Part shown: positions 35,188-47,939 of the stretch, in pieces
How positions within the stretch are numbered: the first letter of the stretch is position 1
How the letters are laid out: the number at the start of each line of letters is the position of its first letter
Translations under genes and position numbers: made by a program
Notes under the pieces: generated by a model
The model's database searches: none
What the model was told of the DNA's origin: nothing
The model's input: the letters and a program-made list of their open reading frames with translations, nothing else
DNA from: Pelomyxa schiedti
Lineage: Eukaryota; Protista; Evosea
Assembly (NCBI GenBank): GCA_020536535.1
Contig: JAHLWZ010000828.1
Coordinates: forward strand, 1-64,000
Direction: 5' to 3'
Length of the DNA stretch: 64,000 nucleotides

Positions 35188-35930
35188 ATGTCTTATCAAC
35201 CCTCTCGTATGTCAGCAGGAGATGTTCCGACAAATAGTAGGTAACAAAAATTTCCGTTGTACCTTGTAAGGCTGTGAGACAAAAAAAAAACGGACAAGCA
35301 ACAAACAGTGAAAGAGTTCGTGGACGCAGTGCTTGACACGCGCCCAGAGGATAAAAGAGCCGAGTGGGTAGCCACTCTGGAACGTGAGGAATACCGCAAC
35401 GTTCAGGACTTGCTCGATGCACCCTCTTCATCCTGGGATGCCTTGGCCCTGCCCCTCGCCATTAAGGACGCCCTACGCAATGAGCTTAAACACAACCCCG
35501 GTACATTCTCTCCCACATTCTCCTTCTCCTCCCACCCATACCTCCACTGCACACAGGAAGACCCAAGGTCTATCCCAGCGATCCCCCTCCACCCCTCGTG
35601 GCGGTTCCTGATCCCGACACGCTCGCGGGGATGAAGGCGGAGGTCACCACCAGAACAACACCGGAAGCAGCGCACAGATGCTCAAGCTCGCGCCACGTGC
35701 GCGTCCGCTACTGTGGGTACCAGGCGTGGTTCTACGGCTGCGCCTTCTGCTTCCTGTTCCCACCCCTGGCCTTCATGCCCTTGTGCGTGGACGGCCTCAA
35801 GGACGAGCGCGAGGTGTGCGAGGACTGCGGCCGCACGACTCTCTGGCGGCACTCGTGCAGCGGCCGGGTCGTTGGCGGGTGGCAACCAGAGCGCCCCTGC
35901 CACGGCTTATGTTCCTGTCACATCGACTGA
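35188..35930 (+). CDS. SAM-like domain + LITAF-like membrane zinc-ribbon protein
   Basis: EWVATLEREEYRNVQDLLDAPSSSWDALALPLAIKDAL (SAM-like); WFYGCAFCFLFPPLAFMPLCVDGLKDEREVCEDCG (LITAF-like hydrophobic segment + CxxC). Confidence 0.6.
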
Positions 35931-36125
35931 CGGCGTGTGCCTGTGGTGCATGCTGTTTCGTTTCACTTCTGTACAGACACAACGCGAACGAGTTGTTATT
36001 TTTTTTTGTTTCTCACAGCTTTCAGTGCCCCGGGTTGCGGTACGGCGCAGCAGAACAAGGCACTCCTCTTTGTGTCTGGAGTGGGCACCTCCTGAGATTC
36101 CAGAGTTTTTAAATCTCGTCATCAA

Positions 36126-39100
36126 ATGTCGGGTGGTTGGTGGGGAGGCACATCGGCTCCCAGCGGATACAACACGTGGACACCAACAACAGCAGATCAA
36201 GTTTATCAGCCCAATCAGTTCTACCCCGTGACCCAAACACCCCAACAACTACACACGCCTCTAGCCAATGACAGCAACAGCAACCAGTACGCCTACGCAT
36301 ACCCCCAACAGCAGCAGCAACAGCAACAACCAATCTACACTCCTGTAATGCAACAGCCGGGGGCACCCCAAGACTACCCGCAGTTGCAATCGCAGGCCTA
36401 CAATTCATCGCCGCCATATCTACAACCTGGTGTTTCTCAGTGTGTTGGACCACCCCCACCCCCACCTTCGTATGACGAGGCAGTGGCTTCCCTGGCTTCC
36501 AGTTCTGTTTCTCTTTCTCTTTCTAGCTCTTGTTGTTCTTCATTACTGAGCTCATCCTCTTGTATGGGCACTCCGGCTGCTTACCAGACACCACAGTGTT
36601 TACCAGCAACACAGACACCAACTTATGGGACCCAACAAGAAATTCAGGGTGGTTACCAAATCACACAGTCCTCATTACCAAGCTATTTATCATCTCAACC
36701 CCCATCACAAATTCCCCAAAATATTACAGGAACTCCACAACGCAGCACAATGCACTACAATCAAATGTCACTTACACAGTCCTCACAATACATATCTCCA
36801 ACGTATCAGACAATACAACAGCAGCCACAGCCTTCATATACGCCTGTTGCGAGTAACTCTGTTTCGAATTCTCAATATTCTACACCTTCTCCCGATCCGG
36901 GATATCCATCCCTCCAACCTTCCCAACCACCTTCTTATACTGATTCCTTGAGAACGGGAATCGTTTTGGGAAACGGTTGTATGCATTTCCCTCACATAGA
37001 TTTCTTTGTGGATTCGATCGGCTTTAGTAAGTACACATGATTTTAATTCTTTCCAACTCTGGTTAGCACAAGGCAACAACTTTATGCCTGAGCACATCAC
37101 TTTGATGAAGGCTGGTACTCGTGTGGATCTTTATAGTAGGAACAAGAAGATTAGTTCTTCAATAATGTCTTTGAGAGCTAATAGCTGGTTCATCGACTGT
37201 GCAACAACTTCAAGTAATCTGCTTTTTCCCTTTATCGCACTCATGTTTCTCAGTTGCTATAACGTCAATTAAGGAATTGCGGAAAGGACAGAAAACAACT
37301 GCCTTTATCAACAACAGGAACAATACAGTACTTAAATACATGTCTCGCCTCACATAACATTCGCACAGACTGCGTCATGCTCTTTCTCTCTTGTGTACTG
37401 CGAGTGGAATAAACTGTTAACACTTGATGTAGTTGTTCCATCAGAAAGTGACTTTACAGCCTGGACTAGTGGAATCATTCATTTAGTAACTTCCCTAAGT
37501 GGGGAGAGCTCTGAGTATGTCACTTGGTAAAGAGGTACACTTACTCAAAGGTAGTTTTCACCGTCTAGAATGGGATCAGGCCACACAACCAGTAAATGCA
37601 TCTCAGTTAAGAACAATCCTCATGAATTTGAACTTCAACATTTCTGTTGCAGAATTCAGAGACCAAATAACAGTATCTAGCCCCTTATCTTTTGAAAACT
37701 TTTTTCCCATACCTTTCTCTAGACCTTGGGTTTATCAGCTGATGGACCTTACACGTTCACTAATTTAACTGCTTTGATCTCGTCACTGAAGTATGTCCCA
37801 TTCGTTATTTTCCCTTCTTTTTTCTTTCTTTTTTTTTTCCCCTAGGCTGCGGTCTGAGATCTCTGCACTTTTCAACACATACTCTAATGGTAAAAAGACC
37901 CTAAATTACGATGAACTGTCGCTGTTCTTCACAAGGGAGCAACAGGTTTTTACATACATTTTCTGTAACTATGACTCATTCCTCAGAGTTCTCTCACCAT
38001 GCAAGAATTTCAAAGAATTCTTTCTCAATACGAACCTTCAACAGTATCACCTAATCTCTTAATTGGCAGTAACCTTTTCAGAGTAGGGAGCTCTCTATTC
38101 AAGGCTTTGACGCAATGATGACCAGTAACTCCAATGAAGTTTTCGATACAACTAAAACTATGTATTGGAGCCATTTTTATCATTATTTCTCTAACATCCA
38201 GCAGACAATATATGCCTGAGGATTGCCCTCTTTCATATTATTGGATAGCCAGTTCACATAATACATATTTGGAGGGACACCAGCTCCAAGGAGAAGTGAG
38301 TACAAAGTCAATTTACCATAAACTGTAACATATTGTCTTAGTCCTCACTGGAAGCCTATCTTCGGGTATTAAAGTCAGGATGCCGATGTATTGAAAGTAT
38401 TTCTGAACACCTTCTTCCTGTGATTAAAAGTATGAAATCCTGCAGTTGATACCTGGGACGGCGAAGATGGTGAACCAGTCACCTACCATGGATATACATT
38501 GACTACTAAAGTTAAATTCCTCGATATCATGGTAGCCCTCCGCGATTACGCTTTCCTTTTCACTCAGTAGTCCAGAACCATCCCTACTACCAACTAATGA
38601 ACTCTCCAAGGTGCCCTCTTATTATCTCACTGGAGAATCATTGCTCACTTCCCCAACAAAGGAAAATGGCACAGTATTGGAACGACAATATTGGAGGTAT
38701 TTGCATTCTTTGTATTGCGTCTAACAGTCAACGCAGCTGTCACAGCTACGCCGATACACCTCACCCAAAATGAATTATGTCAGTGCCTTCCAACTCTCAA
38801 AGAATTGAAAGGCAAAATCTTACTTAAAGTAAGCTGTACTCTCTTTGCTGGTAGTTTAACAACTGTATAGGCCAATGTAAGAAACGAGTCACTCTCTGCC
38901 TCAGTTATGTCAGTTTCCAGTGAATTATCATCCTTGACGTATCTAAAAATTGCCAATAAATCAGATATCCCACAAGATCAAAGTAAACCTTCATTTTTGT
39001 TGTGCTTACTGCTGAAGTATTTAAGCCTCTATGAAAATGATGAATGCCTACGAAATTCTTAATCTTAGTGAGACTGCCACTCAAAACCAGGCTACAAACA

Positions 39101-39991
39101 TCCTTTCAAATTTCAATATGCTACACATGACACGAATTTACCCAAAAGGGACAAGAGTTGGTGAGAGCAAACCTACATTCTTTTATCTTATTGTAATGGG
39201 ATAGATTCATCAAATTTTGATCCCACACCGTTCTGGGGTCTTGGATGTCAAGTAGTAGCTTTGGTTACAAAGCAATCTTGATCAACCAGGGAAACTAATA
39301 AGAGACTAGAACTATCAAACATCATCCGAACCTATATGGATTAATACAGGACGATTCAGAGAAAATGGAAAATGTGGCTACGTTCTAAAACCAGTGCACC
39401 TCAGAGTTTCTCAGGAACCCCAAAATAAAGTTCGCAGGTTATCCATAACAGTATGCTTCCGGAAGTACTTCTTTTATGTCTCCCAAGCCATCATTTAGAT
39501 TATAAGTACGAGACAAATCCCTCTAAACAAAACTGTGGGAGCAACTATGTTTGTCACACTCAAAGTTCATGAGGAACTTCCAATTGGTGCTTCTTCACAG
39601 ACTGTATCTGAGTATAGAACAAGAAGCATTGGTACCCCCGTTTCCCGCGTTCAACTACTTATTAGAAGATAGAAAACAACCTAAATCCGGTGTGGAACGA
39701 AACAGCAAATTTCGGCATCCAGTGCAGCAGCACAGCCGTACTCATAATCAGACTGGATAAAAACGATCGTATTGGGAAATCAAGGTTCCTTACCTTTCTT
39801 TGCTCCATGCCATTCACCCTTCTTGAAGGATTGGACACTACGTTGTCCCCGTGGAATGTGCGCTCTTTTTCTCCTCTTCCATTCTAAAAACAAACTCAGG
39901 TATCAGAAGTGGAGTCCGTTTCGTTCCTCTCTTGGACGACCTATCGTCTCCGATTCCTTTTGCGAATTTGCTATGCCGCTTCCAACTCTGA
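36126..39991 (+). CDS. PLC: Phosphoinositide phospholipase C (delta-like: PH, EF-hand, X, Y, C2) with a long Pro/Gln/Tyr/Ser-rich N-terminus
   Basis: [26 protein letters not shown]|[53 protein letters not shown]. Confidence 0.93.
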
Positions 39992-40013
39992 ATAAAGAAA
40001 TCACGTTTGTTCC

Positions 40014-43000
40014 TTATTCTGATATTTCTAGAGGCCAGTGAATGGTAATGAATGGTGCAGGAGGAGAACATTGGTCGGGCTCCAGCACAGAAAGTACAAA
40101 ACGAGTGGATTCCTTGGTGCGGTTGCCAAAGTGGGTTGTAGCTACCCCAAAAACAGTGACGGGAGAATTCGGCTGTCGACACCCGAAAAATCTCACAATG
40201 GCTCGGTATTCTCCTGGTTGAGCTTGCTTGATGGAATACACAATCGGGCCATGGGCCTATTTTAATTTATTTGTTTGCTTTGTGTAGAACTCCAAACCTT
40301 GATTTCTCTTGACATAAGACCCCCTGAACTTGTTATATTCCTCATTGAACAGCAGAGCTCTCCTGAAGGCTCAACTATAACAAGTTCCATATCCCACTCA
40401 ATATCAAAAAATATAGCAACCCGAATGTCAAGCTCAAGTAACAACGGGCACGCGATTGCTCGGCTTACTATTTCAAAGTTGGTCGAGGAGGGAGTGGAGA
40501 GAAAACATACCGGAAAAGACCTTTGGTACTTCAGAGGTCAAGGATAGAAGGGAATGCGCCCGAGAAAACTCTGTTACTGCAGCAATCTCAACTTGATTGT
40601 ATACTGTATCCCACACAGTGTTAACGATTCTCTGTAATAGTAGAACGGACTTGTCCATGTTAGCCAGGACCTACAAAAAGAAGTAAACAGAGCTTTTAAG
40701 TAATTGAATGCACTTGAACCTGTGCCAGTGGCGAATTGTAGGAAAGAGCAACGCACAGTAAAAGCAATGCTGAGGGATCAGAGATGGCTAGGTCACATAG
40801 TCTTTCACATACTTCAATAGCCCTGGCTGTCATTCCCCAATGAAGTAGTACAAATGTGGTCATCCAAAGGTAACTGGGACTTTCGCAGTTGCATTCCAGG
40901 ATTGTTGAGAGGTGGAGATAAGCTCTCTCAGTGTTTCCAGTTTCAAATATATCACAGGCTTCTACAACAATAGCGTGTGGTGAGAAGCCACACAGAGGCA
41001 GTTGATAAGTGTATGAAATGGGGGTGACTGGCAATAATCTAACCCTGGGGCGTTTTGGTGTCTTCAGAGTCTCCAAATCATTTTCCGCGGGTCTTTCTGC
41101 AGATAGGCTTCTACCAGATCTCTTTCTATGGGGCGGAGACACTGGTATTGTAGTCGAATTGTTACCCTCTGGAGACACTTCTGTACTGGGCCTCATATGC
41201 CTGGTTTTAGGGTCATAATATGCGGTAGTTGGATCCATGTTCAACAGGTATTTGGAGGTGTCTTCTCTTATTCGCAGCTGTCTAACTGACAAATGTGACT
41301 CCATGGTTGGCACAAATGGTTTGAAAGGGGCATCAACAGTCATTTTGCATGGAGAAAACCTTTCGTCTAGTTTTGCAGCAGCCATTTCATGCATAAGGTA
41401 TCCCCCAGAGCTGTAAAAGCCTTCCCACCAGGTGACATAAGACTGCCACCAGTCACCAATAATGTCCACTTTCTTTTCCTGAATATGGGTTTTTAATGCT
41501 TCCTGCTTCATCACCAAAAGATGGTATTGTGCACGAAGCTCTGGCAGTGAGGAAGGGGGAACCAAGTTATGCTTCACATATTGCTCCAGGGTGTCTAGAA
41601 CAAGAAACGAAAGGCCAGCTCGCATCACGCCATACTTGTGTGCAATTGTCTGCATCAAGTGATTGGAAGAACAATTACTGGAGTGGAAGTCTATTTTTTG
41701 TGATCCGTAGAGGAGAGAAATGATGGGAGGCCCCCTTTCAGGGGATTGATTAACAAAAGTGATGGAATTCAACACCTGAGAGCAACAGGTGGTTGTAACA
41801 GTCACTTCTCGAATTTGTGGGATCCAAGAAGAGATCTTTCCAGTAAAGAGGAGAGGACTTGTGACTGTTTGAGATTTCGGATAAATCTGGACTCGATGAG
41901 GTGGTCCAACAGATAGTGATAAGGTGCAAGTTCTACCAGCAAGTTCTTCAAGCTCAAAAGTGTTGGCACCACTAATGTTAAAGCATGTCCCGCCATTCGT
42001 GGAGGTAATCTTGTGTAAAAAGGAGAAGTTTGCACTTGGCTTGGCAGAAAATGCATGGAGAGGAAAACTGAACGAGGGTCGGTCAGGCAAAACAGCAGGG
42101 ACAGACTGAATCCCGTCCGTAAACAGTAATGAAAACCTGGCTTTCTGACTTTGCAGTTCACTGTTGAAAAGGAAGCGGAAGTCAGTGCCTCCAGCAGGTT
42201 GCACTTTCGCAATGAGCTGCATGATACTTGTGGCTGAAGCTCCACAGTCATATAAAACAGGAGGGCGCAAATTTATGTCGAAGAAATATAATGTCACAGA
42301 GGTTCTTTCCAGTATGTGTGCCAGTATTCTTGACAAAACTGCAGCTTCCTTTTCTGCTTCTGGTCCACTGTGGCTGCTTGATGTGTCCCAAAGGAGGAGG
42401 ACTGTTTTGTCACCTAACTCCAAAGGAGGTAGTGTGCAGGATGCTAAGCATAACGGATCCACAGAAGCAATAAAAAAGAGTGAGCCATTCTTTCCTACTT
42501 CTGCAACGATATTGGGGTATTGTAGGTTCAGTTTTATCTCGCCGCATAATTGACTCAGGTTGACACAGGTAAATGTTTCTTGTATTTCATAACGATCTGA
42601 GGTACTTGATGCACCATGGTGTGTTATTGCAGGAGGGAATGATAGAGTTGTGACTTGGCCACAGAATACTGTAAGGTGGAATGAAAAGTACATAACATCA
42701 TTTCTAATTCTACTCCCGAAAGAAATGGGCACAAGAAATCCCTTTTGGGAGATAGTGTCAACAAAGGATACTCGAATGACCTTGCCATTCCCGAGATCTG
42801 GAACCCTCGTCGTGAAAACGTTGCTCTGTTCAGCTCCAATACAAATGAGAATTCAAAGCTAAAAAAGAGAATAGTCCTACCTGGTCATGTGCCTCCATAA
42901 AAGAAACGTTTCCTCCACGCCTAATCTCTTCATCGAAAACCGAGCGGGATACAGGCTTGGTTGCCAACACAGCTTCCTTCATGTGATCCACATCCAATCC

Positions 43001-43329
43001 AACAGCTACCACCATTAGTGCAACAAGTAAGTTAACCAACACAGTTATTAGAGGTATCACTATTTACCATATCCACAAACACAAGCCGTTGGAGACAGTG
43101 GGAAAATAAAAGTGCCCTCATCCTCACTCAAACAGTCACCGGCGCTCCCCGGACGCTCGCGCCCATAATCCTCACCCACAGAGCCGCAGTGGCCATCACG
43201 TCTCCCGAACTGCAGCGTGAAAGTACACCGTGAGGCAGGCCCCACGACGGTCCAGTCAATCGTAACCCCTGTTGGCAAGTGCTCAATCCCCCGGCCGTCA
43301 ACGAGGCCAATCGCGCTTGGCTCAAACAT
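40014..43329 (-). CDS. VIT + vWA + helical repeat + DUF2135 protein with an embedded Slu7-like motif
   Basis: EGTFIFPL and [10 protein letters not shown] (VIT), LLWDTSSS and LLFTDGI (vWA), [25 protein letters not shown]...GGLMSREI...[13 protein letters not shown] (DUF2135-like). Slu7-like [33 protein letters not shown] at about 41185-41290. Confidence 0.75.
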
Positions 43330-43366
43330 TCTAAAATTCGTGTTTGGAAAATTCTTGATTTACACA

Positions 43367-46300
43367 TCATACACTCTTTGTGCTTTTGGGAGTGGCAACG
43401 CCACTACAGCCCCACAAGCCAAGATTTTTGTGCAGTTTTTGTACAGGTTCCTCCATCTCTGGGAAAACCTTGTGCATGGAATCATACAACGGGCACACAA
43501 CCAATTCGTTGAAGGCGCTCTGTCGCAAAATTAGTACTTTGTAACAAACACTGCATAAATGAGAATGAGCTAACCTGCATCTTCGGAATGTTACAGTCGT
43601 CCCTTTTCATAAACGGGGAAACCGGCAACCCAAAGCCTTGCTCCTTGTCACCTTGCTCAAAGAACTCGTTCACAACGCGATGTGCCCACTGCTCGGAAGT
43701 CTTCCATTCTCGGGCAGAGTTCGCTAAATCTGCGCACTTGATAAAGAGCTTCAGAGCAAGTAGTCTTGATGCATTATCTCCAAACTTCAACGTATTTCCG
43801 GATGCCGTACTTGACTTCCACATGCCTAGGAGCTCGACGTGCCTGGAATTCTTGAGTTCAATAATGAGAATGGGTTATATTTTACCTTGACATATCTGTA
43901 GCTAATACAAGATTGATAACGAGGGTACGGAACTCGCGGAACCTATTGTATTATGACAATGTCAACAAAGATCGCAATGTGATACATTTCTTTCGAAAAA
44001 GATGTTGTAAAATTCAAATCTGGCTGTTCAAGAAGTTGGAAAGCTGTGCAAGCATGGAAGTTCTCCAAAATGGAAATATCGTTATACGTAATACTGAGTT
44101 TTGATCTAGTGGCTTTTGGGAGGTGAATTTATTTTCTTGCAGACAATGGTTCTGCATACCAATCAAGAAATTGTTGTTAACCCCTTTGTGGCTGTTAAAT
44201 TGTGCCGAACTCCGTCATTTTGCTAACCTGGGTGCTGGATATCGTGGATGATAGCCGCAAATAACGCGGAAAAGTGCTCAATGGGAGTTAACTGCAAATA
44301 ACTTCCACATTTAGTCAGAAACCAATTCATTGCCTGAAGTACTTCGCATGCATGGAACTGGCAAGAGGTAAATGAGGGTACGTATTCGGACAACTTTCAA
44401 AGTAGTACCCTATTGTGGTATGGATTGTCGTTGTAAGCCTGGTCAGCCGCAGAGATGTAGTTTGAGAGCTGAGTTACAGAAATTGGCAGACTATGTAAGA
44501 CCGCACATGAATGCAATATATACGCAGCTGTTTGCGCCAAGACAGGACCTATGGAGATATGAGACCCTTGAAACCTCCGCATTATTTCATTACCCTCTAT
44601 TCCCAGTGGACAGAAATCCCAGTTATTAATTTGTTGGAGCAAGGTTGGGTCGCATTCTCCATGTTGTCTTCAGATGTCACAAAAAAATAGAGAACATTTT
44701 AACATACGAAAGATTATTCCGCCCGATAAATGGTGTTGGCATTGCAGAAGAGGTATTTTTGGTCAATACTTGATCATACAGGTACTCCTTGATATCATTT
44801 TCCAGTTCTATAGGACATTGGAGATCAACCGGTGGCCTACGCACTAACCTGATACATGGCTGTAATCTATACTATACATCTTTCGTGAAGTTATAATGCC
44901 AATAGCATATTCTAACTTATGAACTTCCTTGGCAGGTATACCTGACACGACTATTAAAGTGGAGCCAAACATAATAATGCTCATACATTCTCTTAGCGTA
45001 GTCAAAGTCCGAACCACACTTTCTGCAGGCGTGCTCAGTAAATCTCCTACAGATACTTGCTGTCCAAGTACAGATTGAAGTTGTACATTTTCCTGTTGCA
45101 GTTCGTCATTCACTTTGGCCATTCTTTTCTGTGTGTTTGTTAGGGGAATTACAAAGGGAAGTACAATACTAGTCTCCGAAGTAAAAACAGTGCAATAGAC
45201 ACCAATATAAGAAATACAACTGCTATAAATAAAACGAAAGGCAGCCAAATGACCATTACTGACTCTGACTTGCTGCATTTGTATTCGACTACAAAACCAA
45301 CTCCAGAAGTGGCAAAATCTGTCACAAAAAGAAGCAGAACATGCTTAGAATGTGCTATTACAGGTGCAGCCGAGCTTCCACTTAGTATAGATACCAGTTC
45401 CCCGTAGGTGGCATTTTCATCTGAGAGCCTTATGTTGAGTCCATCACTGCCTTCAATGGAAAAAGTAGTGAAGGTGAAGGTAATGGTGTCGTAATCTCCT
45501 TGTGGTGAAATCAGCCACGCGCAGTACGAATTTGGCGCGTAAGCCATATAGAGTCCTTCAGCTGGATAGTCACTCTGAATAACGCCACTGGGCTCGTGTA
45601 ACTCCACAAGGTTACTGCAACCTCGCGAACAGTCATACCAGAACCTCCCCATTTCACAAATACACGCGGTTTCGTAGCAGAAACCATGACCGCTGCATTG
45701 GTTAGAAAGCCCTTCCACACACGAAACGTTTTCGTATCCACAAGATGTCCAATCTTATGCTATAAGCGGAGGTAATGATAGAGATAACTTGTTACCTTGG
45801 ACATGTATTGCAGAAGAGAGAATAACAAGGTCATCATTGGATTCTCCAACTGAGAGCAGTGAGCAAGGAAATTGTCAAAAAGGTGCACACAAGTTTCAAT
45901 CGTGAGAGTGTAGTCTCCAGGGGGGAAGTGGGCCGGAATAACGTGTTTCCCTGACACATTAAAATCGTCGCTCATAGTTCCCTCTAACTCTAAGAGTTCG
46001 GACCAAGAATACAAATACCTGGATAGAATAAGGAGAGAAAAGTGATATAACTTACCTCCAATCCACTTGTCGGTCTCCTTGGCTTATGCTGTACCACGCC
46101 CATAGCGAAGAATAAAATATCTCATAAGAAGTGGCACTGAATAAAGCACAAATCAGAAAATTTCCACAGGATGTCAACTTACGGGAGAAAGTAAGTCATG
46201 TTCAATCTTTGCTGTGGGCATAGGGTAGTTTCCATTTGGAGCTGCATCCCACACTGGTAACCTGACCAAGGTTCGTTGCATTCACACTGACCAAGCAAAT

Positions 46301-46983
46301 TGTGACAGGTGCCGTGATTTGAACAGTTATTACTGCATCCAGGTGTGTAGCACTCCCAAGTTATAACAAACTCCAAAGTTTGAATATTTACACTGCCAAC
46401 GTTGACTCCAGTCCCGCTTGAAGAATTGTTTGTTTCAAAGGTGAATGCCAACAGCAAGCCAACAGTAGCACGCGTAGTGCATGAAATTCCAACCGAAAAG
46501 AGGGTCTGTAGTTTTGGTACAGTGCCACTGGAAGGCAAACTGACCTCTGTTGAGAAAGAGGCAAGTGTTACTGTATTCGACTGAGACGATATCAGCACCT
46601 GGGTGTAACGAAACTATGAAGAGAGCGAAAGGAAGGCGTGTTATCTTACCACTAGAAGAGACCACAAGCCGAAATTACCTGATAATAACTGGTGGTTGAA
46701 TTTGAGCCATCCCACCACTTGAAAGTGATATCACTGGGATCAGAGAAGTGAGGTGCGTATTGTGTGATATTGCCGGCATCATATTCCACCATCACACTGC
46801 CGCAGTTCAAAACGTCCTGATAGCCCCCGTCCTGAGTCTTCATGTCAAAAAAAAAAAAAGGAAGCAAACTCAACTGGCACCTACCTTTAGTACTTGGACC
46901 ATTGGACACCAGGAACCAGCAGTGAAATGGAGCGAATGCAACATAATAAACACGATAACCGACAACGACGTAATATGCAGCAT
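43367..46983 (-). CDS. Receptor-type class I cyclic nucleotide phosphodiesterase (signal peptide, CUB/EGF ectodomain, one TM, PDEase)
   Basis: Signal-like MLHITSLSVIVFIMLHSLHFTAG; EGF CSNHGTCHNLLGQCECNEPWSGYQC and CSGHGFC...CICEMGRFWYDC; CUB GVIQSDYP...YAPNSYCAWLI; TM VIWLPFVLFIAVVFLILVSIALFLL; NPYHN, HDIQHPG, IKCADLAN, EFFEQGDKE. Confidence 0.85.
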
Positions 46984-47096
46984 GGTTTTGTCACTGTGGT
47001 GGATGGACAGCGGATCTACGCTGTACAAGACTATAAGATGTTACTTCTTTCAGAAAAAGCAGAAGAAAAGAAGGCCCAGATATCAACCAGTTTTCA

Positions 47097-47838
47097 TTAC
47101 GCGTCGTTGGGCGTGCATTTCCGTTTTGATTCTAGGTCTGTGGAAGTGACTGATGTCCCCAAAAAAGACACCACCTTTTCTTTGATGTACAAGGAATTCC
47201 ACGATAACGGTACAGCGGAATTGCAGGGAGGTGCATCATCAGAGTGAGTAGCACAATAACGGTTATAACCACCCAGATGAAGCCCCAAGACTGCAGAACG
47301 CTGAACGAGTGAGATCGTACGAAAGCTTGTTTCTTGGAATGCCGAAGATTCTGATGGTCCGGGTCAAACGGCATGGCAAAGAAACAGTATGCAGGGGAAT
47401 AGTGACATGGTGGCCTACTCAAAGTCTGACCTTTGTAAAAAATGGACTGAGGGTGTTGGCTCACCGTGTTTTTACTTTGAACAGAGACGGAGTACCCACT
47501 AGTTGGTGCGTGGTGAGTTTTAATAATTTTTTAAATTAATTTCCTAATAGCGATGTTGCCTTGTCTGATCAGTTGCGTTCTGAAGTTGGTCTTGCTTTGG
47601 GAGTTCCTGGCACTTTTGATTTTTTTGAGGGAGCACCTCGATGACCATCAGGCACATTGGCGCAATGTGCATTTACATAGATGGGTGGACTTTGTGAAAG
47701 CGTGCAGCGTCCTCATTGTATTGTTTGTGCCCCTACTCTACCTCGAGACCACAGGTTCGCCCATGAAGTGACCTCAGCACAACGGCATGGTACAGTCACA
47801 ACGCTACGTACATTTCGTCTGTATCTGATCACGACCAT
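47097..47838 (-). CDS. Possible small uncharacterised multi-exon gene
   Basis: Coding-like minus-strand segments with GT-AG boundaries (last exon LGLHLGGYNRY...CTPNDA*). I could not resolve a unique model. Confidence 0.3.
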
Positions 47839-47939
47839 TCCATTCTTCTCCGTAGTGATGATATCAACACACAAGAAGAATAGCGGAAACAAGTTGGGCT
47901 CGAACTTTTTTCTCCGCCTTTTTGGAACAACAAACCAAA

